This document shows, piece by piece, positions 50,561-64,000 of a DNA stretch of 64,000 bases; position 1 is the first letter of the stretch; each line of letters opens with the position of its first letter. The stretch is from Catajapyx aquilonaris (lineage: Eukaryota): NCBI GenBank assembly GCA_000934665.2, contig KZ538065.1, positions 62,001-126,000 of the forward strand. The letters are read 5' to 3'. The notes under the pieces are model-generated. The model ran no database searches. It worked only from the letters and a program-made list of their open reading frames with translations, and was not told where the DNA came from. The position numbers and the translations under genes are program-made.

Positions 50561-53173
50561 CCCGAGTGAAGGGCTAAATGATTTTTCGGACAAACCCTTT
50601 AGAATTGGGCCGATGTCAACAAGATGCAAAACAGGTAAATCGGGTTCGCCGCGATCCGATAGGTCGGAATGAAAACTCCCTGTGTTCGTGAGCCACCCTT
50701 ACCATTATTATGATAGTTACTCACTTCTTTTCCACCCTATTAGAAAATCCCTCGGCCTCCTTTTAAAACCTGGAAGAATCTTAACACGCTACGAATAATA
50801 TGCCTCGGTTGTATAGTATATGAGCGAAAACTAGCGGAATAATGAGCCTGCCTGAGAGAGAAAAAAACCCTATGGAGAAAAGTGATTGGGCGCTGAAATT
50901 ACGCATTCCCCGCTTGTTTTTTCCCTGCTGCTTTGTCATTACAGTATAGATGGCAGCAAGTACTGCACACTGAGTGTGCGCACTCTAGCGAGCAATTTCT
51001 AAATCACAATGCCGGTGATTGCTGGGTTAACAACACCGAAAAGAGTTGAAAAGTGACAAATGATCCCCGTTATAAACCCGGCATTTTAATTATAGAAATT
51101 AAAACGTGGATAACGACAGTAGATTACAAGGCGGACTTTAGACGTTAACTGATGAGAAATGGGTAACTAGGATATTAGGTTAGGAAACGTAAGGAAGGGG
51201 GGGAAAAACTAGGGGGGATGTATCAGGCAGAGGAAAAAAAGAGATGTAAGGACCGGATTCAAATTTCCCGTTTGCAAAGTGGTTGACATCATTTCGAGTT
51301 TAGTCTGCCACGTTCTTCGTATAGTGCACAGGTGCTTTTTCCAGGACGATAGAAGACGACTTAGGAGCCAAAGAGTGGTATGTTTACATCAGTAGGTAAA
51401 GGGCAAAAGGAGGAGATAATGAACAAGAAGTGACTCGGTGCGCGAAAGGTGAGCGTGAGGTAGAAAACGGTTCGAATATGTTAAAAGGGAGAGATCGTTT
51501 TCACACTTGGTTTCTCAAGCTGTCTGTCTTCTAATCACTGTTTTTTTAAATGTTAATCGGATCCGTTCATGTGTGTAGAGAATCGGAATTTTCTAAGCGC
51601 TTTTCCGGCTGACGATGTAACGTGCAAATATAATCAGACAGCCATAATTACACCAATTATGAATAATTTCACCGGGGAAATTAGACTCATTTCAGCATGC
51701 AACTCGGTAATAAATTCTTCATTCAAGAGTCTGGGTGATGTTATTTACCCGATGCTTTTACACGCATCGTATCCATAAGAAAGCAAATGATTGGCACGAC
51801 ATGCAAGCAGTGCTCAAGTTCAGGAAGAAGGAGGTGAAAAGTTGCGAACTGTTGACCCCCAGCACTGACCGTTGCTTTCAAAAGGTTGGAAGTAAATGTA
51901 CCACAGAAGACTTGGACAATGTCCCTCGCATTTTTAAGGTCGCGCATGTCGTCAGAAAACTTACGAAAAAAAGATAAGTTAATTGTTTTGTAAGCGAGAG
52001 AGGAAGAACGCTCGTCGTCTTGACAATGCAAGTGAGTGATGTTTCCACGTGCTGATTTGCACCTGTGAGCTTGTATTGTGCAGCCAGTGTGTTTAGAATT
52101 GAGAAATGGCTGCCACTCTCACGTGTGTAATGCAACCTTTAGACTTTAGAGTATAATGGAAAAAGGGCCTTGCATCATTACATACATCACATGTGCGTTA
52201 CAGTGATCACGTATGGAAATAATAATTACATATGGTATCATTGCAATAAGTTACATATTATAAGAAAATTATTGCCTCATTTCAAACAGTGCAATATACA
52301 GCGTATAACAATGATATAAATCATTTGGGATGGTTGCATTACATCTACCAGTTAGATCTAATCTGGCTCTTAATTTTTCTAAAATCGGGGATTATATCCC
52401 CTTTTTGTGTGCATTATTTCATGATCCTCCCTGATACTGATCCTGGGGAAAAACCTGATGCGCAATGGTACATGCGAAGCCTCGGTTTCCGGCAAATCCG
52501 AAGCACTGTCCGAAGCACTAACTTATCAGTCTATAATGCTTCATGCCGAGATGTGCTTGATGGAGGACATACAAGTAGTAACACTTTTTTTTGGAAGACA
52601 ACAAATAAGTAATCACACTTCGTGGAAATTTGTGTTTCCTCAATATTTGCAGGAAAAATGTGTAAGTTTGGCTGAACTAGCTGTAAGTCGCAGTTGGTCA
52701 TTTTTTGTATTAAGTAGTTCCCATAGTTGTGTAACTTTTCGACCTAAAAAAATAAAGACTTAAAGTGGCCTTAGACTTTCGGCTATTGACGTAAGATGTA
52801 AACGTCAAGAGTATTAAATCAATTAACCATGCAATTAATAACAGTGAGGGATGTACTAATTATACTTTTCACCAGCTTTTCACGGTCCCGTAAATACACT
52901 ATGCGTGCATTTACACGATGAAACAACAAGACTTTTTTTGTTCTACAGTACTAACTTATATGCGCTCTAAAAATTGTTATACCATACAACCTGCATACAA
53001 CGTTGCAGTTACGAAACATTACTAAACTAATTTTACATCGAGGTATGCTTCAACAGGGTTGTAATTTTCACTTATATAAGGCATAATTTTCCTGGATTAT
53101 CATATAATACACCAGATGTATTATAAATATATATCTTCATGATTACAGCATGCACTTAATTGATTAATCCAGA

Positions 53174-53220
53174 GTGTCAACCGTGGTGTCAACCGTGGTG
53201 TCAACCGTGGTGTCAACCGT
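53174..53220. repeat. 12-bp tandem repeat (GTGTCAACCGTG) x about 3.9
   Basis: Perfect tandem copies with no spacers. Confidence 0.95.
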
Positions 53221-54119
53221 CTTCACTAAATAGTACTCCATGTTACATTTGAACACCATTTTTACAAACGTCATTTTAAATATTACGCAATATTCATAAC
53301 AATATTTTTGTTCTCTCTTCATATGCCACCCCATAAAAGGGAGCTTTGCAAAAGCAGACCAGTGACGACCCCTATCAGAGGAAGAAAGAACAAGTTTAAG
53401 AAAGTGTTTTGATGGCAAAATGCCTCGGAGATAATCCTTGAAGAGAAACGACACTGTCTTGTTGCGTGACTAAATTTCGCATGGATCCTTGTTTTTGTAA
53501 AAATTGCCCGTCAGCGGTCACCCGAAGAGTGTTTGCTTTTTGTCAACTTTTTCATCCGGATGTGGTCAAAGCCAGAGGCGAAAGACTTAACCGTATGTTG
53601 ACCTTTTCATCCGAGATCAGTTTAGCGGAAACTATTGCAGATCCTAGAGAATGTGAACTTTTCAGAAACACCTGATCCCACTCCATCGCTCGTTGGCGGG
53701 TTAAACTGTCATGGGGGCAAACACACTGTCGATTTTGATATGCTCACAATGTATGCGTAATCGTGCATTGTCATGATGTCATATGGAGGTCAATAATGTG
53801 CAAAGAACGAGACAAATGTAGGCTGGAAAAATAATATTGTTCATGCACATTTCACAGCACATTTAGGATTGGCAACCACGAACATGCCTATAGTGATGTG
53901 CGGGATGTCGTATACGATGTGCAGGTGACGTTATATCAATGTGTACTTACGTGCCTTGCGGATGACATACGTGTTGAACCTGGAAACGTGATAGTATAGT
54001 GACCCCTTTTGCGACAAAAGTCCCCTCTGGCATAGGCCAGTCGAGGTCAGTTGCCTTCGTCCGATGTGTTTTTCAAAGGTCCGATCGAACATAAATATGT
54101 GTAAAAATAATTTTATGCA

Positions 54120-54275
54120 GACCCGTTTCCACTGGCATAATTTTTGTTCTGGTTCTGATTGCTAGGCGATTAATAATAAATTAACAAAGTAATAATAATA
54201 AAGTTTGTTTGATTTTGTGCTCCATTTTTGTGCGTTTCTTTTTGTGCTCGAAAATTATTCAGGTGGAAACAGGCC
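54120..54275. mobile_element. Possible Harbinger-like MITE remnant
   Basis: GACCCGTTTCCAC at left and GTGGAAACAGGCC at right (imperfect TIR); repeated TTTTGTGC subunits and GCATAATTTTTGTTCTGG duplicated at about 54135 and 54281. Confidence 0.4.
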
Positions 54276-54656
54276 TTAAAGCATAATTTTTGTTCTGGAC
54301 AAAATTTATGCCAGAATAATAATTTTGCTTCCCTGGCAATTTTTGTGCAGCACAAATAAACACTTGTTCCAACAAGGACAATATATTTTTGTTGTTTTCA
54401 CAAAAATGAAACATAAATGAGCGCTCAGAAGGGAGCACCCAAAGTTCAGAATATATTTTATTTAAACTGAACCCCCGTCCTAAAATCGTTTAGCTTAATT
54501 TGACCATCAATTTTGCTTGAATTATCGCCTAATGATTCCGATAAGTCCACCACGGTTGGGCATCTTGTATTTCTATTTTGTGCTGGGCACAATATTATTT
54601 TGTGAGAAGTTTAAAATTTTGTACATTGAAATAATTCCAAAATGCTTGATTTTGTG

Positions 54657-54803
54657 NNNNNNNNNNNNNNNNNNNNNNNNNNNNNNNNNNNNNNNNNNNN
54701 NNNNNNNNNNNNNNNNNNNNNNNNNNNNNNNNNNNNNNNNNNNNNNNNNNNNNNNNNNNNNNNNNNNNNNNNNNNNNNNNNNNNNNNNNNNNNNNNNNNN
54801 NNN
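54657..54803. other. Assembly gap (147 N)
   Basis: Run of N followed by a poly-G tract and a MITE-like end. Confidence 0.99.
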
Positions 54804-57800
54804 GGGGGGGGGGGGCATCAAAAACTTTTGCGCCCCCTCCCCCTCCGAAATTTCGTAGATTCGGCTCTGGGTTTATAGGCTACTCTAGTGCAAAAAAATG
54901 CTGGATAGGAGAATTATTAAGGCAGTGTATACCCAATATTATTTCATGCAAGCGACTATCTACATACACAAATCGACGTGCTGTAATAATGGTCATAATA
55001 ACAAAATTTGCAGAGACTGTATTTTCCTGTGTGACTTTATTTGGAACCAGTACCACAGGTTTCAAGCTTAAAATGAATGCTGAATCATTCTATGCCAATA
55101 AGCATGTAATCAGTAATGCATGTAAAGTACATTCTAAAGTTTGTGAATAGCCTAAGTTAACTTGTTCATCTCGACATTAAATATTTTTACGTTTTAAAAT
55201 ATGATTTGAGTTTACCTGAATATGTGCATTTTCAAGATAATTATCATAATTTTTCCTACAATATAAAGTACTCCATCAGCTATGAATAAGTAACAATTTG
55301 GACAGTTTCCAAGATAAATTATGTGGTTTTTTAAGTGTCATTTTTTGAAAGTTACCAGATATTTCGATCTTTGCAAAAGTGGCCATAATTTGCAAAAAAA
55401 ACATCGCCAAAATGAGACTATTAATTACAAATTATTATCATCACCATTATTATTAGTCTATTACTACCCAGGCAAACAGATATTTCATTTTCATTATAGA
55501 GATAATCCCCTGCAATTTTTCTGACGTCAGCAGCACTACGTAATATAATATGTGGTAGAGAATACCGCGCCAATCAGATCTTACAGCAAGTGGTTAGGGG
55601 TTTGCGTAACAGATGGAATATTCCTCAGCGTTCAATTTGATTACGTCACAAAAATTTGTTTACGATTTTTATAATATAGCAAAAAAATATCAACATGTGC
55701 AAGTTTGCCTTCGAAATTCTCAATGAACCTATGACCGAGAGAAAGTGCTCATCTTCGGAGCTACCCTGGACATTTTGGAGCATTTGAAAAAGTGGCTCAT
55801 TTTCACTAGACATAAAATTTGAAAGATATTTTTAGGCTAATCTAATTGTATGCAGAAACATGTAAGTTAGCAATGAGCCAATGACTCACATGACTGTAAC
55901 GTACTGATTGTGTCAATTGATATAAAAGTATACAAAATAAAAAAATTCTCGTTCAAGCCACGTAACATATTATGCAATCTAATAATGGCACTACCATACT
56001 TAGGTGCTTCCATACCTTCAATGTAAGATGTTAAACCAACTGCAATACAGATTAAACAGTAGACATTCTAATGCTTACAGGTATACTCACAATGTAATGT
56101 CCGATTCAACGAGGATTATTTCCCTAGTCTTGGGAAAGGTAATTTTTAATCAGTTTCTATTATTTACGTTTGTCCTCAATGACTGTTTCGTATGCAGTCA
56201 GTTCTCATTTGACCGTCCTGCGAGACACAGGTCGTTTCTTTCCTTGGAATATATATCAGAGTGTTTGTTATTCTTGTACTACCTATATCCTCTTGCTTTG
56301 ATATCTTCCTTCTTCATACAAGGTATCATCCTGCCTATTCCTTGTGGCGTAGATAGCGTGTGCCGAGTGACACTTCAATATCCAGTTAAATGCCTATTAA
56401 CTAAAATATTTCCTGCACGTGAAGACTATTATTTTCATGCTGCCCAAAATTGGAAGTCTATAACATCCGGGAAGTATATGATGCAAAAAATATCAGAAAG
56501 AGCTCAGAGTAAAATGTGAAAGTATAACTTACATTACACGCGATACATACTTGTTGTAAAACTACATAAACCTATAGGCTACTGTATACGTATAACCTCA
56601 ATACACTCATGGTGCTACATGAATGTTGGGAAGCCAAACGCAATTTTGACGTATGGAGTGAGTCAAGGTTGAGAAGGGAAAATAATAATTATTTTTGCAT
56701 GCCTATAGGGATTACCCCCAAAGCACGCGATTAAACCTTAGGCGATAAATAAAGGTATTCTATTGTGCATCTTTTCTATAGTGCTGAACTGCTGAAGAAT
56801 ACGGATATTAGCTCCACTGCTTAGCAGGTAATAACGCTGACACACTTGTAGTACTTGTACATTATGCCTTAGAATAGTACTGAAGGCACAAGTCACATGG
56901 TTAATTAATATTGCTGACACCCATGCATGAGATCTAGGGCTAAATGCAATATAGGATTTAAAAAACATTTTATTTCCTGTTCTAATGATACTGTACGTAT
57001 CGTGTTACAACCTGGGCAGATTGAGATGTGGAATTCGATTTTTTTCAGTGGAGGTTGTTGCTGATAAAATCAAGACAATTTAAAAAGTTGGCTGTATATT
57101 TTGCAAAAAAAAGTACAATAATGTTTAATTCCTTAATTGAATGTTGAAATGTAGTATTATTCTATTACTGATGAAATTACAACAAGCTGCACAAAAAGTG
57201 GGCAGAGAGTTAATGCTTCAATTCCTACGAGAAAATCCCGATCAATGACAGTTGCATAATTTATGTCATTCCAAAGTTTTAGTCGCAATAAATGGATCAA
57301 TGGAATCACGCCAATAAAAATCCTCTTGTGCATTTATTTTACAACATATGCGGCAGGATACTCACTATACTGTATAACTTAATACCACGTGATACATTGC
57401 CCATATTTCCAGTTCAACGGGAAGAATATTATAACAATTACTATTATGGATTGTTTACTACAGATGTCAGTTACAGAGAGAAGCAAGTCTTTGAAAACAA
57501 CAATCAGGCCACATAATTATACACTACAAGTGAAATATTAAATATTATTAGACCTGGAAATTTCCACTATGCTGTGTAGATCTTCTTTTTGCAATCACAT
57601 CGTTGTGTAGTATGTTTATTAATTTCTAGCTATTCCGGAAATAAAAGGCATCAAGATTATGACGCTGCATGCGTGCAGTGATGCCCTGTTATGAAGGTGC
57701 TGTATTGCATGTCGCTTTTTTATTACCTCTCCCGTTCAGGAAAAAAAATATTAACCACTCTCTACTTGCATGCAGTTGGGTTGTACTTTGTGTCAACATC

Positions 57801-58514
57801 ATGTTTAATGCTGATCTAATTTGTTCTGCTATGCTCGGTTAGCTACATTTTTCTATAAGACAATTTCCAGAAGGGATGTGGTGTCCACATAGGAATATAA
57901 ACTAAATATATTCAGATTCAGTTTTCCGTAGCTTTATAATTGCAGTGCGATAAAGAATGCTTTGATGCATTAAATGTGCGCGTATAAATTGGTATCAGAA
58001 CTGTACTGATACATCATGTTAAAAACATGCTTCAGCTCTGCTTTACTCGTACATCTAGGAGAACTGAGTCTTTAGCAGCAGGAGAAACAAGTGTGCCTCC
58101 GACATGGCATCAACAATCAAATTACGTAATATGCAAATTTGATCACAACATAAATCGATGCTTCCTAGTCCTGCACTCTCCTCTAGTTCCAGTCAGGATG
58201 CAGACTTGAGAGGAAAGAAACTCGGCCTCCGTGGATTGATTGTGATACATCCCCTTACCGGATACGTCCTTTTCAACGGTACCTTGCTACCCAGACCTGG
58301 TTCAACAAGTTTCACGGCACTTGTCGCTGTTGCTTTCTTGCCTCTTCCAGATATTGTAAATGCCATTACCAGGCTGCTTCTGGTCCTTGCAGCACACTAC
58401 CTGCTGGCCTCACAGTCTGGGGAGTAATTGTAATGCAAATACACTTTCAATTTTTATTTTCATTGATTGGTAACAAGTAATTGGCCTCTTATAGGAGAGC
58501 CTCATTGAATTCGC

Positions 58515-58697
58515 GCGATTATTATCGTCATACCCAGTAATGACGGATTTTGATTGTGGAAGGACGTGCAGGGAGAACCCATCAAAATTATCCCTATTTC
58601 CACATAAGAAATCTCCAGAAATTTCCCTATCCAAAATCCGGGTATCGAACTCGAGATCTCGGAGGAGGCAATGGCGCGGCGCTTACCACCACACCAC
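58515..58697 (-). mobile_element. Probable second tRNA-derived SINE family (degenerate)
   Basis: Minus strand reads GTGGTGTGGTGGTAAGCGCC...GAGTTCGATACCCGG (A-box/B-box spacing) followed by a body unrelated to family A; 3-prime end approximate. Confidence 0.45.
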
Positions 58698-61237
58698 TTT
58701 GAACTTTCTAAATTATTTTTGATTTTTAACTATTTAGATAGATGCTTGAAATAGCACCCAATCCTTTCTATAAAAATGTGTTTTCAACTAGTGTATTGAT
58801 TCAGTTCTTATATATACTAAATTTCCCGTTTATTATTTTGAATTCGTGGTGCCTGTAAACACTCTTCGATTTATTTTTACATTGCATCAACTGAGAGAAA
58901 GTATTTTTGCTCGAAAGGAGTGGATGCTATTTCAAGTGTGTGAAAAGTGAAAATCACGAAAAGTAATCCGGAAGCAACTAAAAATAATTCAGGGAGCAAC
59001 ATGGAGGTTATCTAGCTTCAAGAATAACGAAAACACCATTTGGTAAATTATGAAGCCTTTTTCCACCGCAACGAGAATTTATCGTGTGGGTTCCCGTGGG
59101 TTTGTCGGGATTCTCCCAGTATTCCCACTGTTCTTGTAGAAGGAAATTTTCTATGAATTTTTCCACGTTGATTAGTCATGCTTACAATAATGTGGCGGCG
59201 AAAGGCTCTTCGGAGCGATAGTTCCTTCTCCTTATAAATCAACAACAAAAACTAACTAAAATTTCGACAAATTCTCAAGAGCTCAAAATTGCAACACCAA
59301 TGTTCCCAAGTCCGACCTTAATTTTTGAAGTTGTGTGTTACGTTCGACCTAATGTCAACAAGTTTGGGACATCTCAGGTAAAATGTACACTAATTATGCT
59401 TCATGTGACCGGTTGCAATCTGATCTTGATCCTGACAGAACTTCTGTCGTGCACGCAGTGACCCAAAAGCTTAAGAGTGCCAATGACGCACACACCTCCA
59501 AAATCGGCATCTCGCAATGACATGCACTTTCCCCTAGCAGCAATCCCGGACATGCCCTTCTGGCTGCATGATCGCACATGCCCGACCGTCCAAGTACATC
59601 ACGCATTCTTTCAAAAAAAAATTCTATATAAGTTCCTTCCAATCCTCTGGTCTCTCCTCAGTTCATTCGTTCTTCTTCCTCCAGTTCCTGACCCAATTGT
59701 GTGAACCGCAGGAGGAGAAGTTCCGTTGCGCACCAGTTCATCTCCTCGACAGCCCCGCCAGCTGGCGGTGGTCCATCCCAAGTTCAGGAAAAGGAAAAAC
59801 TCAGCCTAGCGTGCAAGAAAAACGCCAGCCGAGTCTGTGTAGCTCCGAGCTCGGTGCCTGCTGGACCACCATCAGTGTGAATCCTAGTGTCAACAGCTGC
59901 TAGCATGAGAGTCTCGTGCTTTTGGCCCCTGCGAAGACTCAAGCAGCCCTGAACAACACTGTAATTGCGCAAACCACAGGTGAAGTACATAGGGCATGTG
60001 CTCCACTTATTTTTTGATCCATCCGGTATTATCCGATGTTTACTAGTTCATCTACAGGTCAGGTTGTTTCCTTCCTTTTTTCAAATCTGTACTCACGCAC
60101 ATGCTTAGAGGATGACCTTGTCTTGGTGGTTTGCGAATATCAAGTTTGGCCTGTTTACTGGCGGATTCGTGAGCTTTAACATACATTGCAAGCAGGAGTG
60201 GTTCATTCACACAGGGAGGTGTTGATCAATTTGCGCGTGAAACAAGGAGCAAGGAAATTGCAGGAAATGGATGCAACCACGTTTCGCAAAAAAAAAAAAG
60301 GGTTGAGAATCCGATGAGCAAAGGATAACAATGGATATCTGGAAAGTCGGGTCGGACATTGCCCTTGTGTAGGTCGAGGCTTTGCAGCCCATTTTGTAGA
60401 AGGGGGTACACACGAGACCGGAACATGCGGAAAAAGGTTATATCCGGAGTTCTATCTGGATCAGGTGCACATACGTCTTTTGACCGGGAAGGTAATGGGT
60501 GTAGCACCGAAAGTGTGGAAACTAGGTTAGTCCGATTCCACGCATCCTCGACAATGGCCCGTGAAGCATTTCGTGGAAGCGGCCGCAGGAATCAAGCATG
60601 ACGACATACCTGGTAGTCGGAATGCAATGAAACATACTGCAGCCGTTAATCCTCATTTTTTTAACCAAAAAAAGTTCGGTAAATTTGTACCAACTCGTTC
60701 CATTTTCTAGCAAAAAATAGCTCTCCCTTTCTCGGAAGCCTGACACACTTCCTAGTTCGCATCATGAAAATTTTGACCTGCTCATATTCCTTCCATCAAG
60801 ACCGAGCACGTTTCGCCTAGAATTCGTGTCCTCTTAGGCTCCCAGGTGTCCTTTTTACTGCTTCTTTTGATCCGGAAAAGAGCGTATATCCGGTGGGTTT
60901 TTGCATCACCACCTTGGGAGCGATGTAACTTCGGCGTGCACACAGATACTGACGTAAGACCCTAGCTTCTTGGGAGGAAAGAGTCGTCGAGTTAGTCCTA
61001 GTTGAGAGGCCGAAATGAGCGAAAAGTGAAAAGTGGTACAGGAAGCGGTTCGTTAATTAGTCGAGTATGAGCATGGTGGCAGCAAAGAAGGGGGGGGGGG
61101 GGAAGGAGGGGGAGAGGATGTAATGAGCTCATCATTTCCTCAGTTTCCTGAGGACATTTCCAGTCCCCGTTACGCGAATCCCCGGCGATCGTGATGCTCA
61201 CCTGTGCTCTCGTTTCAGCGGCCACATCGTCATAATC

Positions 61238-63157
61238 ATGAACAACATGTCTGAAAGCGTCAAGCTGGCCATGGACAAACTTGTCGGCTACTGGAATTTC
61301 TTGTACGTCGATGGGGCTGGTGAGTTCATGGCTTTTGAGTGGGCTTTGCATTTGATGGTGTGTTTTTGGTGCTTCTCTTGCAATTCTATAACCTTCTTTC
61401 AAACATTTCTTCACAGGAAATTTTGCGTAGCAGTTAGCAATTTCCTTTACACATAAGACACGTATAGACCAGATTTGATGTTATTTAAAAAATTAGTTTG
61501 AATTAGGTCGAATGTGCAACATTTTAAACTAGTGTTTGCAAATAAACGAAGGTTCAACGATTGGTTCAATAGGTCAAAAAATGTTCAGAAAATTACGAAT
61601 TTAGAGACTAAACTATTCTTTTATTGAACCCATCACTATAGCAGCTAATATCTATCTGTTAGAAATTTAAAAGCGCCTTAGTGCCAAAGGTTTCAATAGG
61701 AACTATTTTTGCAGTTGGGTAAATAATTCAATCAAATCGACAAAAATATCAATAACAATGGACCGAATTAATAGAATGAGTGATATTATTTACTGAAAAG
61801 GACTGGGCATTATTTACATCATACTAGTACATATTATGTGCAGATTTGAAAAGTAGGCCTACCATCAGTCAGTGTTTTTTTACCTGGAGGATTGCATGCT
61901 GCCTTGTGCATCCAACCTCTTGCATTTAACTGTATCCGTCAGGTGAAAACAAGGGCAACAGCCTATAATTTGTCATAACTGAAACATTGTTGCATGTATC
62001 GATTGTGAAGAATGTTCCATGATGGATTCCCTACCGGGTTAGTGGGCTTGACGAGTCTTCGCAAGGGAATGCGGCTGAGGGTTTAAATTCTACGAGGGGC
62101 TCGCGTTACTTGATGACAAAAAAACAACAAAATATCCGTTATTCCAAACCCGTTTCTTTAGTCTGGTTCCTCTCGACTTGAGCACCTGAGTGGAGTGATT
62201 TTTTTCACTATTAAATCTTGTTGTTGTTTTCTTCTTAGACTTCCCACATGTTTCCTTAAGTGCTTTTCTCACATGCAGGGGATATGACACAGTTTTTTTT
62301 GTTACTTACAACCATTTATTAATATTCAGATCCAAGGGTGGCGGATTGGCCGCTGATGGCCACTCCTGTACCAACATTCGCCATGATGTTCAGCTACGTG
62401 TTCATAGTCATGTCACTGGGTCCACGTGTGATGCAAAACCGAAAGCCCTTCCAGGTGGAAGGACTCATGAAACTCTACAATATCTTTCAAGTCGTCTTCA
62501 ATTCCTGGATATTTGTGGAGGTTTGCATGTTTTTTTCACACTTCCTCATCTGACACGGAACTGTTACAGTCGATGCGTGAAGATTATTTTTTGTCTTGGG
62601 CTGAAATTGCCTCTCGGAAGCCTCCAACACGGATCTAGGATTAATACATATTTTTGTTTTGTTACAGTGCATGATTTACATGACGATGCACGATTTCAAC
62701 TTGCAATGCCAGCCTGTGGATTACTCGACGAGCCCGCGGGCCATGAAGGTGAGGGTTGGACGCTGATTTATCTTTCCGGTTTACTGTGCAGTGGTACACT
62801 CGTGCAGATAACGATTATTTTAGGAGACGAGCTTGAAGGGCAATAAAGAAGCACAGCTTGCCACGCAATTACTGCAGTGTTAAACATTGAATCTTGTCAT
62901 TAACGCTCTCCTAATCATTCTTGCGTTCAATGAACATGGGAAATGAATGACCTGAATGAAATACCTGTTCTATATGCTCAAGAAAACGGGACATGTCTTC
63001 AAAAGCGTTGTGTCCTACTGATTTTCAAAACTAGTTTGTTGGACGGTGATGCCTATCATAGCCAAAGCATGCGACTAAAGCAATATTATTTCCATTACAG
63101 ACAACATTGTGCGCCTACTTGTTCTACATCTCCAAGCTGGCCGATTTTCTTGACACT
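61238..63157 (+). CDS. ELOVL: Fatty acid elongase (ELOVL1/7-like), paralog 5; 5-prime part only (exons 1-4), continues beyond window
   Basis: Exons 61238-61319, 62330-62520, 62668-62748, 63101-63157 with GT-AG borders and the same phases/sizes (191, 81, 57 nt) as paralogs 1-2. Motifs DPRVADWPLMATPVP, CQPVDYS, FYISKLADFLDT. His-box exon not seen before 64000. Confidence 0.9.
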
Positions 63158-64000
63158 GTAAGTCGATGCTAACCCTAATGCTAAAGTTAAGATGTAATAA
63201 ACAGTAATTTTACGAGGTCTGAAAAAATATGATTAATTTGTAAGAATGTTCAGATATTACTAAAGTAATGTGAACAATAATTATCCTGATTTGAGCTAAC
63301 TCAAATATTCTGGTAAATTATGTTCATTAGTTGACTTATTAACAAGTTCATCAGCAAATGTTTCTGTGTTGTTTTATACCAAGTGTTTTGTTGGAAATGA
63401 TTCACATTCCACATTGTAACTGCTGTTTCAACTGAAAGAATACCAGTACACAGCTGGGTATGAGTTATTGCTATTGTTGTTTTTATTGCACACATATCCC
63501 TGTAGTTTAATAGGTTATTTGCATGACCGTATTGCTTGCATTTTTTGTAATGTTTCCAAGACATCTACTCATAGGCGGACAACGTTTTCTCACATGTTTA
63601 TGATCAGGAGGAGTTAAATTAGCGCACTATTAATAGAGGACTGGAGACTACTCAAGTATACTAAGGGCATCATTAAGTAATTCAGAGCATGGAGTAAAAG
63701 TATGCTGCTTTGGAGCCAAAATTGTACCCAATTTTGTTTTGTTTTGAAGGAGTCAATTTTACTTCATAAGTACCGGCACATCTCCACAGGCTATATGAAA
63801 AAAGCTAATTTAGGTTTAGGACGTGTACGTACGGTTATGTAAAATAAAAAGCACCTGCAACTTCCTGGAGGAAACAGTTTAAGAGAAGATAACAACTAGA
63901 GTGAATGAAACAAAAAATAGCGGGGAAAAAAGAAATCGCGGTTTATAGTATTGTTCCATTGATTTTCCACTTGCTGTCTGTTATAGCATAATATATACTA

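Noticed and set aside
50600..51300. Diverged long inverted repeat upstream of paralog 4 with CTCF-like motifs near the centre
   Set aside because: Only two short patches pair by eye, and termini/TSD are undefined; needs einverted.
53174..53220. CRISPR-like array or coding VDTT repeat
   Set aside because: No spacers, no cas genes, eukaryotic context; a simple minisatellite.
54517..54878. ORFs with poly-X
   Set aside because: Artefacts of the N gap.
56004..56519. 171-aa ORF, the longest in the track, and similar short intergenic ORFs
   Set aside because: GTG start, AT-rich random-like composition, no domain or splice support.
58259..58416. Exon-like segment with good acceptor and donor on the minus strand
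   Set aside because: Stop codons in all three frames and no recognisable homology.
60790..60850. Hammerhead-ribozyme-like motif on the minus strand (CTGGGA-GCCTA...TAGGC-GAAAC...GTC)
   Set aside because: The core lacks the CTGANGA consensus and stem I does not pair; at most a decayed relic.

Overview
AT-rich eukaryotic (invertebrate, probably arthropod) genomic DNA holding a tandem cluster of five intron-containing ELO/GNS1/SUR4-family fatty-acyl-CoA elongase genes (ELOVL1/7-like). Four complete genes lie head-to-tail on the minus strand (CDS spans 2781-4479, 9522-20573, 32333-37573, 43299-50123; 8 coding exons each). A fifth starts on the plus strand at 61238 and runs off the window after exon 4. 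I spliced the exons by hand: all have identical intron positions/phases and open frames, and the four complete genes retain HxxHH, NxxVHxxMYxYY and TxxQxxQF. The paralogs diverge at predicted acyl-tunnel positions (TM5-TM7), suggesting functional specialisation. Non-coding DNA contains tRNA-derived SINEs, nested MITEs, two near-perfect palindromes inside gene 3, microsatellites, a possible decayed IAP/RING remnant and a 147-N gap. Most short ORFs in the track are spurious or exon fragments. The species cannot be identified from the sequence alone.
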